Below are positions 26,248-36,019 of a stretch of DNA of 64,000 bases, piece after piece. The DNA is from Bryobacterales bacterium. Its GTDB lineage: Bacteria > Acidobacteriota > Terriglobia > Bryobacterales > UBA6623. Below the pieces are notes generated by a model. The model worked only from the letters and a program-made list of their open reading frames with translations. It was not told the DNA's origin and did not search any database. How positions within the stretch are numbered: position 1 is the first letter of the stretch; every line of letters starts with the position of its first letter. The translations under genes were made by a program, and so were the position numbers. The DNA lies in the NCBI GenBank assembly GCA_965248235.1, contig CBDFIU010000002.1:913396-977395 (forward strand), given 5' to 3'.

Positions 26248-26276
26248 TTAGCGAAAAGGAGCGAGAGGCGCTTGAC

Positions 26277-27971
26277 TTAGATGAACAGCACGAAGGCTTC
26301 AAACGTTCCCCCGTCGTCCCCGATCGTGAGGGTCACGTCGACCGGATCCGTGCTGTCGAGGGTCACGCCCGCGAGCGAGCCTTTGAAATCGTAGCTGTCC
26401 CCTCCTAAGATGTCGATCTTGAGCTCGACCGTGACGCCGTCGATCACGCCATCAAACTTGAAGAAGTCCTTCTTCTTCGTCGTCTTCCGCACGAAGGAAT
26501 CCGCGTCGATGGTCACCGAGACGCCCTCGACCTGAATCGTTAGCTCCTCCTCGTCGAGGTCGAATCCGTCGTTACCGACGCCAAGCGTCAAGGTGGTGTT
26601 CAGAAATACCGTGTCGTTGAGGTCGCCGTCGAGCAGAAGGATTTGGACGCTGCCGTCATAGGCGGCAAAGGCAAGAGGCCCGCCGCCGTCCCCGACCGGA
26701 CCGAAGCAAATACCGGTCGGCGCCTCGATCGCCGTGCTGGGCGTCGCCCCGTCCGCTATGTCGCTGAGAGGACCGATCAGAGAGCCGTCGGCGGTGTTAT
26801 AGACATTGACCGATGCCAGCGCGTCGGTCGGCCGAAAAGTTAACGGATCGAACCCCGCGTGCTCGGAAACGAAAAGCCGAGTGCCGTCCGGATGCACCGC
26901 TATGGAATCGATCCCGAAGCCTTGGGTTTCGATCCGGATCGGGCCGATCACGTCTTCGTCCGGAGCCAGGTCGCCGAACAGGCCGCTTGCGGCACTGAAG
27001 GAATGCACTTGGATCAATCCACAGGCTTCCACGGTTGGGTCCCCGGTGAGCGGGGCGGAGCACGATGAGGGATCAACAAACCAGTTAAGCCAGGAGCGCA
27101 CGTAGACGCGGTCGCCCGCCGCGTTCATGGCTGAGGCTCCACCGACCAGCGCCGGTCCGGGCGGGACATCCGGCGCAATACCCCTGTCCAATAATGCCCT
27201 GCTGTCGGCGAGTGTAAGCGGATTGGTCGTGAATGAAAGCACCTCGGGCGCGAAGAAATTTTGGAGCACGACCACCGCGGTTGTCCCGCCCGGGCCGCAG
27301 AGAACATCTTGCGGCACATCGCTTCCGAGGAGCCCTGTGTATCGATCCGGGCCGTATTCATGGAGCGTCCCGAACTCATCGAGCCGCAACCGCTGAACAT
27401 CGGGGATCGCGCCCGCCGTTGTGATCAAGACGTCGTTGTTGTCGCAGACCGCCACGGCGGTGCAGCTGGTCACGCCGGAAAGGTCGGTCGGTTGGAAGGT
27501 TGAGGCGATGGCCGGCGGGCCCGCCGCCGTATCCACCACGGTAATCGGCTTCGCTGTGCCTGCCCTGTCACAAATGACCAGAAATCCGCCGTCGGCGCTC
27601 AGGGCCGTGTCTTGCGCCGGAGCGGTCGGTACTTCGATCACGGGCCCGAGCATGGGGATGGTTAGGTCGACGATCTGCACCTCGTTGAACGTCGAGTTGA
27701 GCCCGTTGGTGCGCGTGAAATACCCCGTCGATCCGTCGGCGGAAATGGAACAATCCCCCGTATCGGCGGTTGTGGGGAACGAGGCGAGCACCTCTCGCGT
27801 ATCCGCGTCGAACACATGCACACCAGACTGCGTCGGGTTGCCGCTGGAATCCACAAAGCCGTCGATCACCATGCCGATGGTTTGCGCCGAGCCGGGCGTC
27901 CCGGCTGTCGAAAGAACCAAGGCGATCGCCCAGCTAACGACGGCAAATTCCCCCTTGAAAATGTTTGTCAT
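26277..27971 (-). CDS. Secreted beta-propeller repeat protein
   Basis: RBS AGGAG before ATG 27971 and signal peptide MTNIFKGEFAVVSWAIALVLSTAGTPGSAQ. The rest is repetitive, Gly/Asp/Thr-rich and beta-strand-like. Confidence 0.65.
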   Translation of the reverse strand: MTNIFKGEFAVVSWAIALVLSTAGTPGSAQTIGMVIDGFVDSSGNPTQSGVHVFDADTREVLASFPTTADTGDCSISADGSTGYFTRTNGLNSTFNEVQIVDLTIPMLGPVIEVPTAPAQDTALSADGGFLVICDRAGTAKPITVVDTAAGPPAIASTFQPTDLSGVTSCTAVAVCDNNDVLITTAGAIPDVQRLRLDEFGTLHEYGPDRYTGLLGSDVPQDVLCGPGGTTAVVVLQNFFAPEVLSFTTNPLTLADSRALLDRGIAPDVPPGPALVGGASAMNAAGDRVYVRSWLNWFVDPSSCSAPLTGDPTVEACGLIQVHSFSAASGLFGDLAPDEDVIGPIRIETQGFGIDSIAVHPDGTRLFVSEHAGFDPLTFRPTDALASVNVYNTADGSLIGPLSDIADGATPSTAIEAPTGICFGPVGDGGGPLAFAAYDGSVQILLLDGDLNDTVFLNTTLTLGVGNDGFDLDEEELTIQVEGVSVTIDADSFVRKTTKKKDFFKFDGVIDGVTVELKIDILGGDSYDFKGSLAGVTLDSTDPVDVTLTIGDDGGTFEAFVLFI

Positions 27972-28386
27972 GCCGAACTCCTCTTCCTCCTGATAAGACA
28001 ACGGGCGAGAGGGGGAACGCGCCCATAACTATTCTTTACTAGCCCAAACGTTCACACGTCCATGGACCATCGGTCCTTCTTTACCTCAGGAGGCGACCTA
28101 CGTCCCCCCGGGTCGCGTCGTTGAGAGAAGTAGAAGCTCTAACGGATCAGGCTACGAGACTGTTCCGAGGAAGTTCGGTCAAGAAATCGGCACCCTGGGC
28201 GGGGTGATTGCACGCACCCCGGTAGGCGACTTCCTGGGTGCCGGCCCTTGGTTGTCGCTGACGGAGAAAGACCCTAGGCGACGTAGATGGTTTCCCCGGC
28301 CCCAAACATGTACCGAAGTCCCATGGACGCGACGGCGTTTTCAGTCAAGAATCTATAGTTGGGATCTGAATACGAAGAGGTGACCG

Positions 28387-29760
28387 ATGACTAAGCCTAG
28401 TTCCCGCTACAAACTCGCCGTCCGACGGCTGCGAAGGCTGCACAAGGATCGTCGCGGAATCGTCGCCGTGATCACGGCGTTTTCGTTCCCGGTACTCTTA
28501 GCCTTTGCCGCGCTGGCGCTTGACGTCGGATACCTCCAGGACATGAAGCGGCGCCAAAAGAACGCCGCCATCGCCGCCGCGTTTGGGGCCGGGCACGAGC
28601 TGTGGCTCTCCAACGGGGAAGACGAAGCCATAGCCGAGGCCAAGGCCGAGTCCGACCGCAACAATTTCGGCGAAGACGACGGCGTGACCATCACGGTGAG
28701 CATCCCGCCGGTCAGCGGGCCTTACACGGGCGTGGCCGATCACACGGAAGTGGTTCTCGAGCAGGTCGTTCCCACCTACTTCGCCGGGGTTTTCGGCCAG
28801 AACTTCGTCACCGTGCGCTCTCGATCCGTCACCGGGCTGATCAAATGGGGCGATGCGTGCGTGATCGCCTTGGACCCGAGCCGGCCTATGACGATGCAGA
28901 TCACAGGGACCGCGACCTTGGCGGCGCAATGCGGCATCCAGGTCAACTCGACCGCCGATAACGCGCTGTTCCTGAACGGCACGCCGCTCTGCCTGCAATC
29001 CCAGACGATGATCGGCGTCACCGGCGGCACCTTCGGAGCCGGGAACTCGCCCTGCGTGAGTCCCGAGCCCGTGCAGGCCCCGGCGGTCAACGATCCGCTG
29101 AACTACCTGCATCACATCGCGCCGTATTACGGCGGAACATGTGACTACAACAACGTCCACGTGACCAGCGCGGACGGCTTCACCCAGCTCCAACCCGGGA
29201 CCTACTGCGCGGGGACCAAGCTGGGGTTCAAGACCAACGAGACCACCGGCCTCACGATCGGCGGCCAAATTCCGAAACCCGCGATCCAAATCACCGGCGG
29301 CGAGGTTGATTTCGCGCCCGGCGTATACGTCTTGCTGGGGGGGATGTCGATCACCGGCGCTTCCGTGGTTACGGGCGACGAGGTGACTTTCTTCAACACC
29401 TCGTCTTCCCCGAACATGTTCACGTCTTGGGGCGAGTTCGACATCGCCGGAGACGCCTCGGTGACGCTTTCCGCGCCCAGCAGCGGGGATTACGAGGGCG
29501 TGTTGATGTGGGACGACTATCGCGCGCCCGACCGCAGGCCCTCGCACACCATTATCGGCAGCGCGACGTCGACCTTCGGAGGCGCCCTCTACTTCAAGGA
29601 GACGACCATAACTTACGGCGGAGAGGGCACGTCGGCCAGCTGTGGCATGGTCGTCGCGGATCGGATCACCGTGGTCGGCAACGCCCTTGTTCCCGGCGAC
29701 GACGCCTTCAACACCAGCACCATGACGCCGCCCACCCGGAAAGTGACGTTGATGGAATAG
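28387..29760 (+). CDS. TadG-like (Flp pilus assembly TadE/G-like N-terminal domain) protein
   Basis: N-terminus RRGIVAVITAFSFPVLLAFAALALDVGYL. Confidence 0.7.
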   Translation: MTKPSSRYKLAVRRLRRLHKDRRGIVAVITAFSFPVLLAFAALALDVGYLQDMKRRQKNAAIAAAFGAGHELWLSNGEDEAIAEAKAESDRNNFGEDDGVTITVSIPPVSGPYTGVADHTEVVLEQVVPTYFAGVFGQNFVTVRSRSVTGLIKWGDACVIALDPSRPMTMQITGTATLAAQCGIQVNSTADNALFLNGTPLCLQSQTMIGVTGGTFGAGNSPCVSPEPVQAPAVNDPLNYLHHIAPYYGGTCDYNNVHVTSADGFTQLQPGTYCAGTKLGFKTNETTGLTIGGQIPKPAIQITGGEVDFAPGVYVLLGGMSITGASVVTGDEVTFFNTSSSPNMFTSWGEFDIAGDASVTLSAPSSGDYEGVLMWDDYRAPDRRPSHTIIGSATSTFGGALYFKETTITYGGEGTSASCGMVVADRITVVGNALVPGDDAFNTSTMTPPTRKVTLME

Positions 29761-29803
29761 GAGCCCGCGCGGAGCCTGGTGCGAGAGCCGCCGAGACGAC
29801 CGA

Positions 29804-30283
29804 ATGCAGAGTAAGGTGACCATGATGACACGAAAAGAAGCAAGAAACCCCCGTCGCCGAAGAGGCTCGACGATGGTGGAATTCGCATTGGTTTCCTCGG
29901 CTTTGTTCCTGTTGATGGCGGGGGCGGGGGATTTCGCCCGCGTCTTCTTTCACGCCATCACCGTGGCGGGCGCCTCTTCAACGGGGGCCTTTTCGGGCAC
30001 CTACAACAACATCTACGCCACCCAGACCGACAACCAGGAGGCCGCGGCGTTGGATGACGCCCACAACATTGGGGACGGCGTCACAGCTGAGTCGACGATG
30101 TTTTGCGAGTGCACCAACGGGGCTGAGGTGGATTGTCTAAGCGGCAACTGCCCGCCCACCTTCAGCCCGCAGAGGATTTATTCGAAAACCGTTGTGGAAC
30201 AATCGTTTGAGACCTTCCTGCCGTGGCCGGGCATACCCGAGAATGTCGTCGTCAATCGTGAAACGATTTACCGCGTTCAGTAG
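29804..30283 (+). CDS. TadE-like pseudopilin
   Basis: RRRRGSTMVEFALVSSALFLLMAG. Confidence 0.7.
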   Translation: MQSKVTMMTRKEARNPRRRRGSTMVEFALVSSALFLLMAGAGDFARVFFHAITVAGASSTGAFSGTYNNIYATQTDNQEAAALDDAHNIGDGVTAESTMFCECTNGAEVDCLSGNCPPTFSPQRIYSKTVVEQSFETFLPWPGIPENVVVNRETIYRVQ

Positions 30284-30301
30284 CGTCCCAATAGGAGAAG
30301 A

Positions 30302-30772
30302 ATGATGTTTACCCCCGGCTTTTCGATCGCTTCCCGCATCCGCAAGGCGTCGGACAAGCGCCGCCGCGGTAATGCAATCGTGGAGTTTGCGTTCGTGTTT
30401 ATGCTCTTCTTTGTCATGATGCTGACCATCACGGAGTTGGGCCGCGGCATGTGGGTCTACTCGACGATCGCCACCGCCACGGCGCGTGCCGGCGACTATT
30501 TGATGGTCCGGGGAAGCTTGCGCAACGGTTCCGTGGCCGACGTAAACACGATCATCGAGACCTATTGCAACGGGTTGGACCTGGATAATCTGACGATCGA
30601 CGTCGAGTGAAATCCCGATTCCGACTCTCCCTACACCGATCCCACCGCCGTGTCGCGCAACGACATCGCGGAGGTTCGGGTTTCTTATCCCTTCCGCCTG
30701 CTGACGGGACTCGTTATCGCGGGTAACCAGATGCAGTTTACAAGCACCACCAGGGTGGTCGTCGCCAACTGA
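30302..30772 (+). pseudogene. TadE-like pseudopilin interrupted by an in-frame TGA at 30608-30610
   Basis: RRRGNAIVEFAFVFMLFFVMMLT is at the N-terminus. After IDVE-TGA the same frame continues for 53 codons (NPDSDSPYT...VRVSYPFRLL...VVVAN) to the stop at 30772. Confidence 0.6.
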
Positions 30773-31107
30773 GATCGCGGGGCCTTTGTGGGCCCGACGT
30801 GGGGCCTGCCTTCCGCCGGCCTTGTCGCCGCTGATGGCGACATTCCCTTTTCGACCCCTCTCGCTCGTATCCCGTCTCACGTCTGTGTCCAAGGATGTCG
30901 CGAACCTCGCGACTAAAGGCCCAGTCGCCGGTCGCTGCCGCGATGAGAGACACGTCGGGCTTTAGGCTTGGTGGGGGGTTGGCTGATGGTCGGCGACGGT
31001 CGCGGTGCTGGAGTCGGCGCGGCTGGGGAGGCCGGTGGAGCCGGGCTTTCGGTTGGAGGATTCTTGATGCGCGACTGCAAGCAAGATGCGCAAGCCTTTC
31101 GGGAGCA

Positions 31108-31381
31108 TCAATCGAGGCCTCGATAAGCGTTTCCGCGAAGTCGAAAACGTAAAATCCTTACTCGGCGTTGTCGCCGTGAAACGCGATAAACCGCACGGTA
31201 GCGACCGCCACCGAAGGATACCCGATAGTAGCCCCGCCCGGCCTCGCAATTCGATAGCGTCGGGCGGGAACGGATCTTCAGCTAGATCCACTAGAAGATT
31301 CGCGGCTTCATCGCGAATGAATTCGGGTAGATTCTTGAACTCGCTGTTTGCGGACGGGGCGACCCTGAGCGTCCAACTCAT
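31108..31381 (-). pseudogene. ParE/RelE-family toxin with a +1 frameshift in a G-run (31232-31235)
   Basis: MSWTLRVAPSANSEFKNLPEFIRDEAANLLVDLAEDPFPPDAIELRGRA is followed, in the next frame, by GYYRVSFGGGRYRAVYRVSRRQRRVRILRFRLRGNAYRGLD-stop. The span is 274 nt. Confidence 0.65.
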
Positions 31382-31526
31382 AGTCGTTGTCTTCAAGGAA
31401 CTCGTCAAGGGAGAGCGAACGTTCCCGTGCGCGCCGGATTGCGACGCGGTAGTCGGCTTCGTCCTCGGGATGAGGCGGGCCAACCGGTTTGGACGTATCG
31501 GTCATCGCGTTCTTATTGTGTCCCAT
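31308..31526 (-). CDS. Antitoxin partner of the ParE/RelE remnant
   Basis: Small acidic ORF (DEADYRVAIRRARERSLSLDEFLEDNDYEL) that overlaps the toxin start. Confidence 0.55.
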   Translation of the reverse strand: MGHNKNAMTDTSKPVGPPHPEDEADYRVAIRRARERSLSLDEFLEDNDYELDAQGRPVRKQRVQESTRIHSR

Positions 31527-31602
31527 GCGCGGAAAAACCCAACCGTCGATATCCTGTCTGATGCCGCTTCGAACCGGCCTGCTGAAGCAAGGCGGCCGCG
31601 GC

Positions 31603-32580
31603 TCAGGGCAAGAACGCTTCCACCGGCACTAGCGGCGGCGGCTCGGGCAGCGTGTCGAACGGCGTCTCGGCGTAGAACAGCGTTCCGGCGGCGGGGGCCA
31701 GGGCTCGCGTTTCGTCATCCATGCCCTCGACCGCCGTCGTGAAGACTACGCAAACCTTGCCCTCGAGCCGAACAAACTCAGGACACGTCACGCGGGGCGA
31801 GCCGGGGACGATCCATTCGGAAAGCACCTCGCCGTCGGAGAGCCGGAACTCTTGCGCCAGCCCTTTGTCGATCGCTCGCGAATCGTAGAACGCCACGACG
31901 ATGCTCGATCCGTCGGCGTTGTGGCGCAGCCCGTCGGGAACGGCCTCCATCGAATCGGGCGGAACGAGGAGCGAGCTTTCGATCGGCTTGGTGAAATCGC
32001 GATCAAAACGATATCGCGTGATGGTCTTGGGGTCGGAATCGATGTCGATGAGGGTCGGACCGTCGGGGCCGGGTTGAAAGAATTTTCCGTTCGAGCAAAT
32101 TTGTTTGTCGACAAGCTCGATCACTCGCCGCGTCTCACAGTCGTAACGGTAAAGCGCGGCGATGGTCTGGTTGAACTCGACGTGCTTCGTGCCGAACAAC
32201 AAGCCGCCGGGGATCGGGATGCCGTCGTTGATGAGAACGCGTTCGTCATGGGTCGCGGTAATGCCGGTTTCCGAAACTTCGCCGGTCGCCATATTTACGA
32301 GGACGAGCCGACGATCGATCCCGACGACGACCACGCCTTCACGCGTCGTTTCAGCCAAGAAGCCGGGGCTGCCGGGCAAATCGATCGTTTGGTTTTCGCG
32401 GGTCTCGAGATCGAGAATGTTGAGGCTGCCGCGAGGGTCATCGACGCCGTGCTGGATCGCCACCCAGCCCAGCAGCAGGCGACCGCCTCCGAAGTTTTGA
32501 AGAACACGCGGTCCTTCGGGGAGGAAGCGTAGGGCTTCGGTTGGGGGATCGAAGAGAGGCCGGCAGGTGTAGGTGCGCAT
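31603..32580 (-). CDS. SMP-30/gluconolactonase/LRE-like beta-propeller protein
   Basis: Track ORF. Motifs LPEGPRV, NDGIPIPGG and SNG. Confidence 0.65.
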   Translation of the reverse strand: MRTYTCRPLFDPPTEALRFLPEGPRVLQNFGGGRLLLGWVAIQHGVDDPRGSLNILDLETRENQTIDLPGSPGFLAETTREGVVVVGIDRRLVLVNMATGEVSETGITATHDERVLINDGIPIPGGLLFGTKHVEFNQTIAALYRYDCETRRVIELVDKQICSNGKFFQPGPDGPTLIDIDSDPKTITRYRFDRDFTKPIESSLLVPPDSMEAVPDGLRHNADGSSIVVAFYDSRAIDKGLAQEFRLSDGEVLSEWIVPGSPRVTCPEFVRLEGKVCVVFTTAVEGMDDETRALAPAAGTLFYAETPFDTLPEPPPLVPVEAFLP

Positions 32581-32747
32581 AGAAGGATTAGTTTACGCCG
32601 CGGCGGAGTGCGAGAGGGGGTGCCTTCGATCGGAGATTGTTTAGCGAAATCGCCTCGCTTTTGCTTGACAGCCCCGCTTGGCAGGCGTAGGCTGGTGGAC
32701 GGACAGTTCCGGGCCGTCATTTACGACGGCGGGGAGGGTGAAAATTT

Positions 32748-34058
32748 ATGACGGCAACAAACGGAAAAGTTGATCGGCGAACGCTGTTGAAAATGATGGG
32801 CGCGGCCGGCGCGTCGGCGGCGGTGATCTCCGGCTGCGGATCGTCGTCAATCAGCGGCCAAGGGGTCAGCGGCGGGGCGTTCGACAAGTCGGTTCCGCTC
32901 GCTACCGCGGGGCCGGGCGGCGGAAATAAGGAATGGAAGCCCGGGTATACACTGCCATTTCTACCGCCTGAAGACATGCCGACCAGCGGCGCGGCTTCCA
33001 ATGCTCTGGCGGCGCTGCCGAAAGAAAAGCTGCTGGAATTGTATCGCTTGATGCACTCCTCCCGCAAGTGGGAAACCACGATGAAGGACTTGTTCCTCGC
33101 CGGCGATGACGGGCTCTACGGCGCGTGGCATACCTATGTGGGCGAAGAGGCGATCGCGGTGGGCGTGATGGGCGCGCTGAACGAGGACGACTATATCGCC
33201 AGCACGCATCGCGGCCACGGGCACTTGATCGCCAAAGGCGGCGACATCAATAAGATGTCGGCCGAGATCTTTTTCAAGGAGTCGGGTTACAACAAGGGCT
33301 ACGGCGGCTCGATGCATATTACCGACATGTCCAAGGGCATCATGGGCATGAACGGCATCGTGGGCGCGAGCTTTTATATGGCCGCGGGCGCGGCGTTGCG
33401 CGCCATGGTACGCGGCACCAAGCAAGTCTCCGTGGCGTTTTTCGGCGACGGGGCGGCGGCCTCGCCGTACTACTTCAGCGCCGTGAGGAGCTGCAAGAAC
33501 CAAAACATCCCGGTGATCTTCGTCAACGAGAACAACTTCCAGTACATGGGGATTCCGATGGCGGACACCGCGCCCACAAAGTACATCTCCGAGTACACCA
33601 AGGGCCTCGACATCCCGCACTACCTTGTCGACGGCAATGACGTTTCGGCCGTTTATGCCGCAACGCAAGAAGCCGTCGAGTGGGGACGAGCCGGAAAGGG
33701 GCCGAGCGTGATCGAGGGGCTGACGTATCGCTGGTACGATCACAGCGGCTTCGCCGGCGCAAGGGTCGACGAGGATGGCGCGATGGGACTGCCCTATCGT
33801 ACCGACGAGGAGGTTCGCGCCTGGATGACGCGCGATCCGCTCCCACGCTTCAAACGCTGGCTGTTGACCATGGGGCTGGCCGGGGAAGACGAATTGGCCA
33901 AGATCGAGAGCGATGCCCAAGCGGCGGTGGATGCCTCGGTCGAATACGCTCGCGAGGGCCGCGACCCGGATCCGGAGGCCGGCGTCATGCACACGCACGC
34001 CGAAGGCCCGGTCGTCGCAACGCAGTTCTACAACCGCAAGAGGATCGTAACTACCTAG
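32748..34058 (+). CDS. TPP-dependent dehydrogenase E1 alpha subunit with an N-terminal Tat signal and lipobox
   Basis: DRRTLLKMMGAAGASAAVISGC followed by E1-alpha motifs (YVGEEAIAVG, THRGHGH, GDGAA...NENN). Confidence 0.8.
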   Translation: MTATNGKVDRRTLLKMMGAAGASAAVISGCGSSSISGQGVSGGAFDKSVPLATAGPGGGNKEWKPGYTLPFLPPEDMPTSGAASNALAALPKEKLLELYRLMHSSRKWETTMKDLFLAGDDGLYGAWHTYVGEEAIAVGVMGALNEDDYIASTHRGHGHLIAKGGDINKMSAEIFFKESGYNKGYGGSMHITDMSKGIMGMNGIVGASFYMAAGAALRAMVRGTKQVSVAFFGDGAAASPYYFSAVRSCKNQNIPVIFVNENNFQYMGIPMADTAPTKYISEYTKGLDIPHYLVDGNDVSAVYAATQEAVEWGRAGKGPSVIEGLTYRWYDHSGFAGARVDEDGAMGLPYRTDEEVRAWMTRDPLPRFKRWLLTMGLAGEDELAKIESDAQAAVDASVEYAREGRDPDPEAGVMHTHAEGPVVATQFYNRKRIVTT

Positions 34059-34088
34059 CCTGAATTCTAGGACGGGGAAGTTTTTGTC

Positions 34089-35072
34089 ATGGCGAAAAAA
34101 CCTTATAACTACGCACAGCTCGAGGCGGTTGCCCAAGAGATGCGGGCCAACGCCGACATGGTTTACTACTACGAATACCAGCGGCCGGTGACGACGTCGT
34201 CGACAGGCGAGATCCTCGATTTGGTCGCGGAATTCGGTGATCTCCGCACGTCGGGCCGCGGTTGGCCGATCGATGAAAGTTGGATCGCCGGCGCGGCCAT
34301 CGGCGCGGCGACGGCGGGTTCGAAAGCGATCGCGCGACTGCCTTCGATGGCCCAAATCTTCGCGCTTGAATACGTCTACAACCAAGCCGGCAAGCTGCGC
34401 TCGATGACGGGCGGGCAAGCCGGCATGCCGTTCGTGCTGTGGGTGGACGGCTCGGGTCGACGCCGCGGCGGCGCGGGACAGCACACCGATGTCGGCGCCG
34501 AGGCGATGTTCGCCAATCTTCCCGGCATCAAGGTCGTCGTACCGAGCAATGCCTACGATGCCAAGGGCCTGTTGATTTCCGCGATCCGCGACCCCGACCC
34601 GGTGGTCTACATGGACTACCCGGAAGTCAAATCGGGGCAGCAACCCGACGTGCCCGACGAAGCCTACGAAGTCCCCTTTGGCAAGGCGGTTGTAAGACAA
34701 AAGGGCCGGAGTATCACTTTGGTGGCCTGGGCGCCGGCGACGGTGGATGTGCAGAAGGCGCTGCCACAGCTCTCCAAGGCGGGCATCAACGCGGAATTCA
34801 TTGACCTGCGGTCGCTGAAACCAATGGATCTCGAGACGTTGGCGCGGTCGGCCCGCAAGACTCGGCGGTTGCTGGTGGTCGAGCACGGCCACTACACGGC
34901 CGGCTTCGGCGCGCACGTGGTCTCCGAAGTCGTGCAGGAGGTCCCGGGCGTCAAAGTCCGGCGCCTGGCTTTCCCCGACGTGCCGGGTCCGGGCGCGGCG
35001 GGCATGATGTCGTGGTTGCGGCCCGACGCCCCGAAAATTATCGACGCGGCCAAGCAGCTGATGAGGGCGTAG
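34089..35072 (+). CDS. E1 beta (transketolase-like) subunit, no signal peptide
   Basis: A 327-aa track ORF with a PIDESWIAGAAIGAA pyrimidine-binding region and a C-terminal domain (IDLRSLKPMD). Confidence 0.8.
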   Translation: MAKKPYNYAQLEAVAQEMRANADMVYYYEYQRPVTTSSTGEILDLVAEFGDLRTSGRGWPIDESWIAGAAIGAATAGSKAIARLPSMAQIFALEYVYNQAGKLRSMTGGQAGMPFVLWVDGSGRRRGGAGQHTDVGAEAMFANLPGIKVVVPSNAYDAKGLLISAIRDPDPVVYMDYPEVKSGQQPDVPDEAYEVPFGKAVVRQKGRSITLVAWAPATVDVQKALPQLSKAGINAEFIDLRSLKPMDLETLARSARKTRRLLVVEHGHYTAGFGAHVVSEVVQEVPGVKVRRLAFPDVPGPGAAGMMSWLRPDAPKIIDAAKQLMRA

Positions 35073-35143
35073 AGCGATTGGCTCCCGGCGGCCCGCCGGT
35101 CCTCGACGGGCCGCCGGGCTGCTTCGGTCAAAACATCCCCTGT

Positions 35144-35455
35144 ATGTCCTCGGAACCAACTGTAGATCCGGTCGTGGTCTGTCCGCGTTGCGGCGCGGCG
35201 ATGACGGCCGCGACGGTGCGGACGACGGTTTGGCGCGAAGATCGCGTGGCCATTGTCGAAGATATCCCGGCGCACGTCTGCGATTCCTGTATGGAGCAGT
35301 TCTACGACGAAGACGTCAGCGACGCGCTGCGCGGGCTGGTCGAGAAGGGGCTCCCCGCCGAAGAGGCGGCCAAAGAGATCACCGTGCCGGTGTTTTCGCT
35401 CGAGGGTCGAATTCGCAAGAGAAAGCCCCTGCCCGAGGATTCTTATGTGGACTAG
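35144..35455 (+). CDS. YgiT/MqsA-type zinc-finger domain protein
   Basis: CPRCG...HVCDSCMEQFYD. Confidence 0.55.
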   Translation: MSSEPTVDPVVVCPRCGAAMTAATVRTTVWREDRVAIVEDIPAHVCDSCMEQFYDEDVSDALRGLVEKGLPAEEAAKEITVPVFSLEGRIRKRKPLPEDSYVD

Positions 35456-35885
35456 TTATCGGCGCCTTCGGCGCTCAAGAGGAGCCGCTGCTTTTCTTTT
35501 CCTTTCCGGCCTGCTGTCGGCGGGGTGTTCCGGAGGCTCGCCCGCGGACGAAAGCGCGACTAGTGAGCCGGCGGGCGAGCCCATGGCGGCTGCCGAGGAA
35601 GCCCCCATGCCGAAGACGCTCAATGAGCTTTTCCCCGAAGGGCTGGGAAAACCGCTCGTTCTCGAGACTTGCGGGTCGTGCCACGCCATCGGCTGCAGCG
35701 CGATCGGGCAGCGTACCGAGGCAAGGTGGGAGAATCTCAAGGAAGATCATCGGGACAAGGTGGCGAGTTTGAGTGAACAGGAACTCGAAACCGTCTTTGG
35801 CTATCTCAACGAGCACTTCAGCGCGGCGACGCCGGAACCGCGGGTTCCGCCGCAATTTCTCGAAGGCGGGTGCACGCCGTTCTGA
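35445..35885 (+). CDS. Small monoheme cytochrome c lipoprotein
   Basis: Lipobox LLSAGC, CGSCH heme motif. Paralog of 36020..36442. Confidence 0.65.
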   Translation: MWTSYRRLRRSRGAAAFLFLSGLLSAGCSGGSPADESATSEPAGEPMAAAEEAPMPKTLNELFPEGLGKPLVLETCGSCHAIGCSAIGQRTEARWENLKEDHRDKVASLSEQELETVFGYLNEHFSAATPEPRVPPQFLEGGCTPF

Positions 35886-36019
35886 CCGGAAGCTTCCGTT
35901 GGGCGGGTTGAGAAAAGGGCAGGCCTGGAGACTGCCCACTGCCCCACCGGGCGCCGCCGTTTGGGAGTGCGGGGCGGTCTTTCTCCGCGCCAGCCGTCGC
36001 GACATGTTATGAACCGCTT

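Noticed and set aside
1327-30610. Alternative genetic code or selenocysteine as the explanation for in-frame TGAs at 1327, 14886 and 30608
   Set aside because: Many well-supported genes here (cI, exonuclease, helicase, primase and others) terminate at TGA, often with overlapping ATGA/GTGA coupling. I saw no SECIS-like hairpin after the sites. TGG to TGA nonsense mutation or base-call error is simpler.
32961-35159. 732-aa minus-strand ORF
   Set aside because: It is antisense to the well-supported E1 alpha/beta genes. Its Arg/Pro/Gly-rich composition is typical of shadow ORFs in high-GC DNA.
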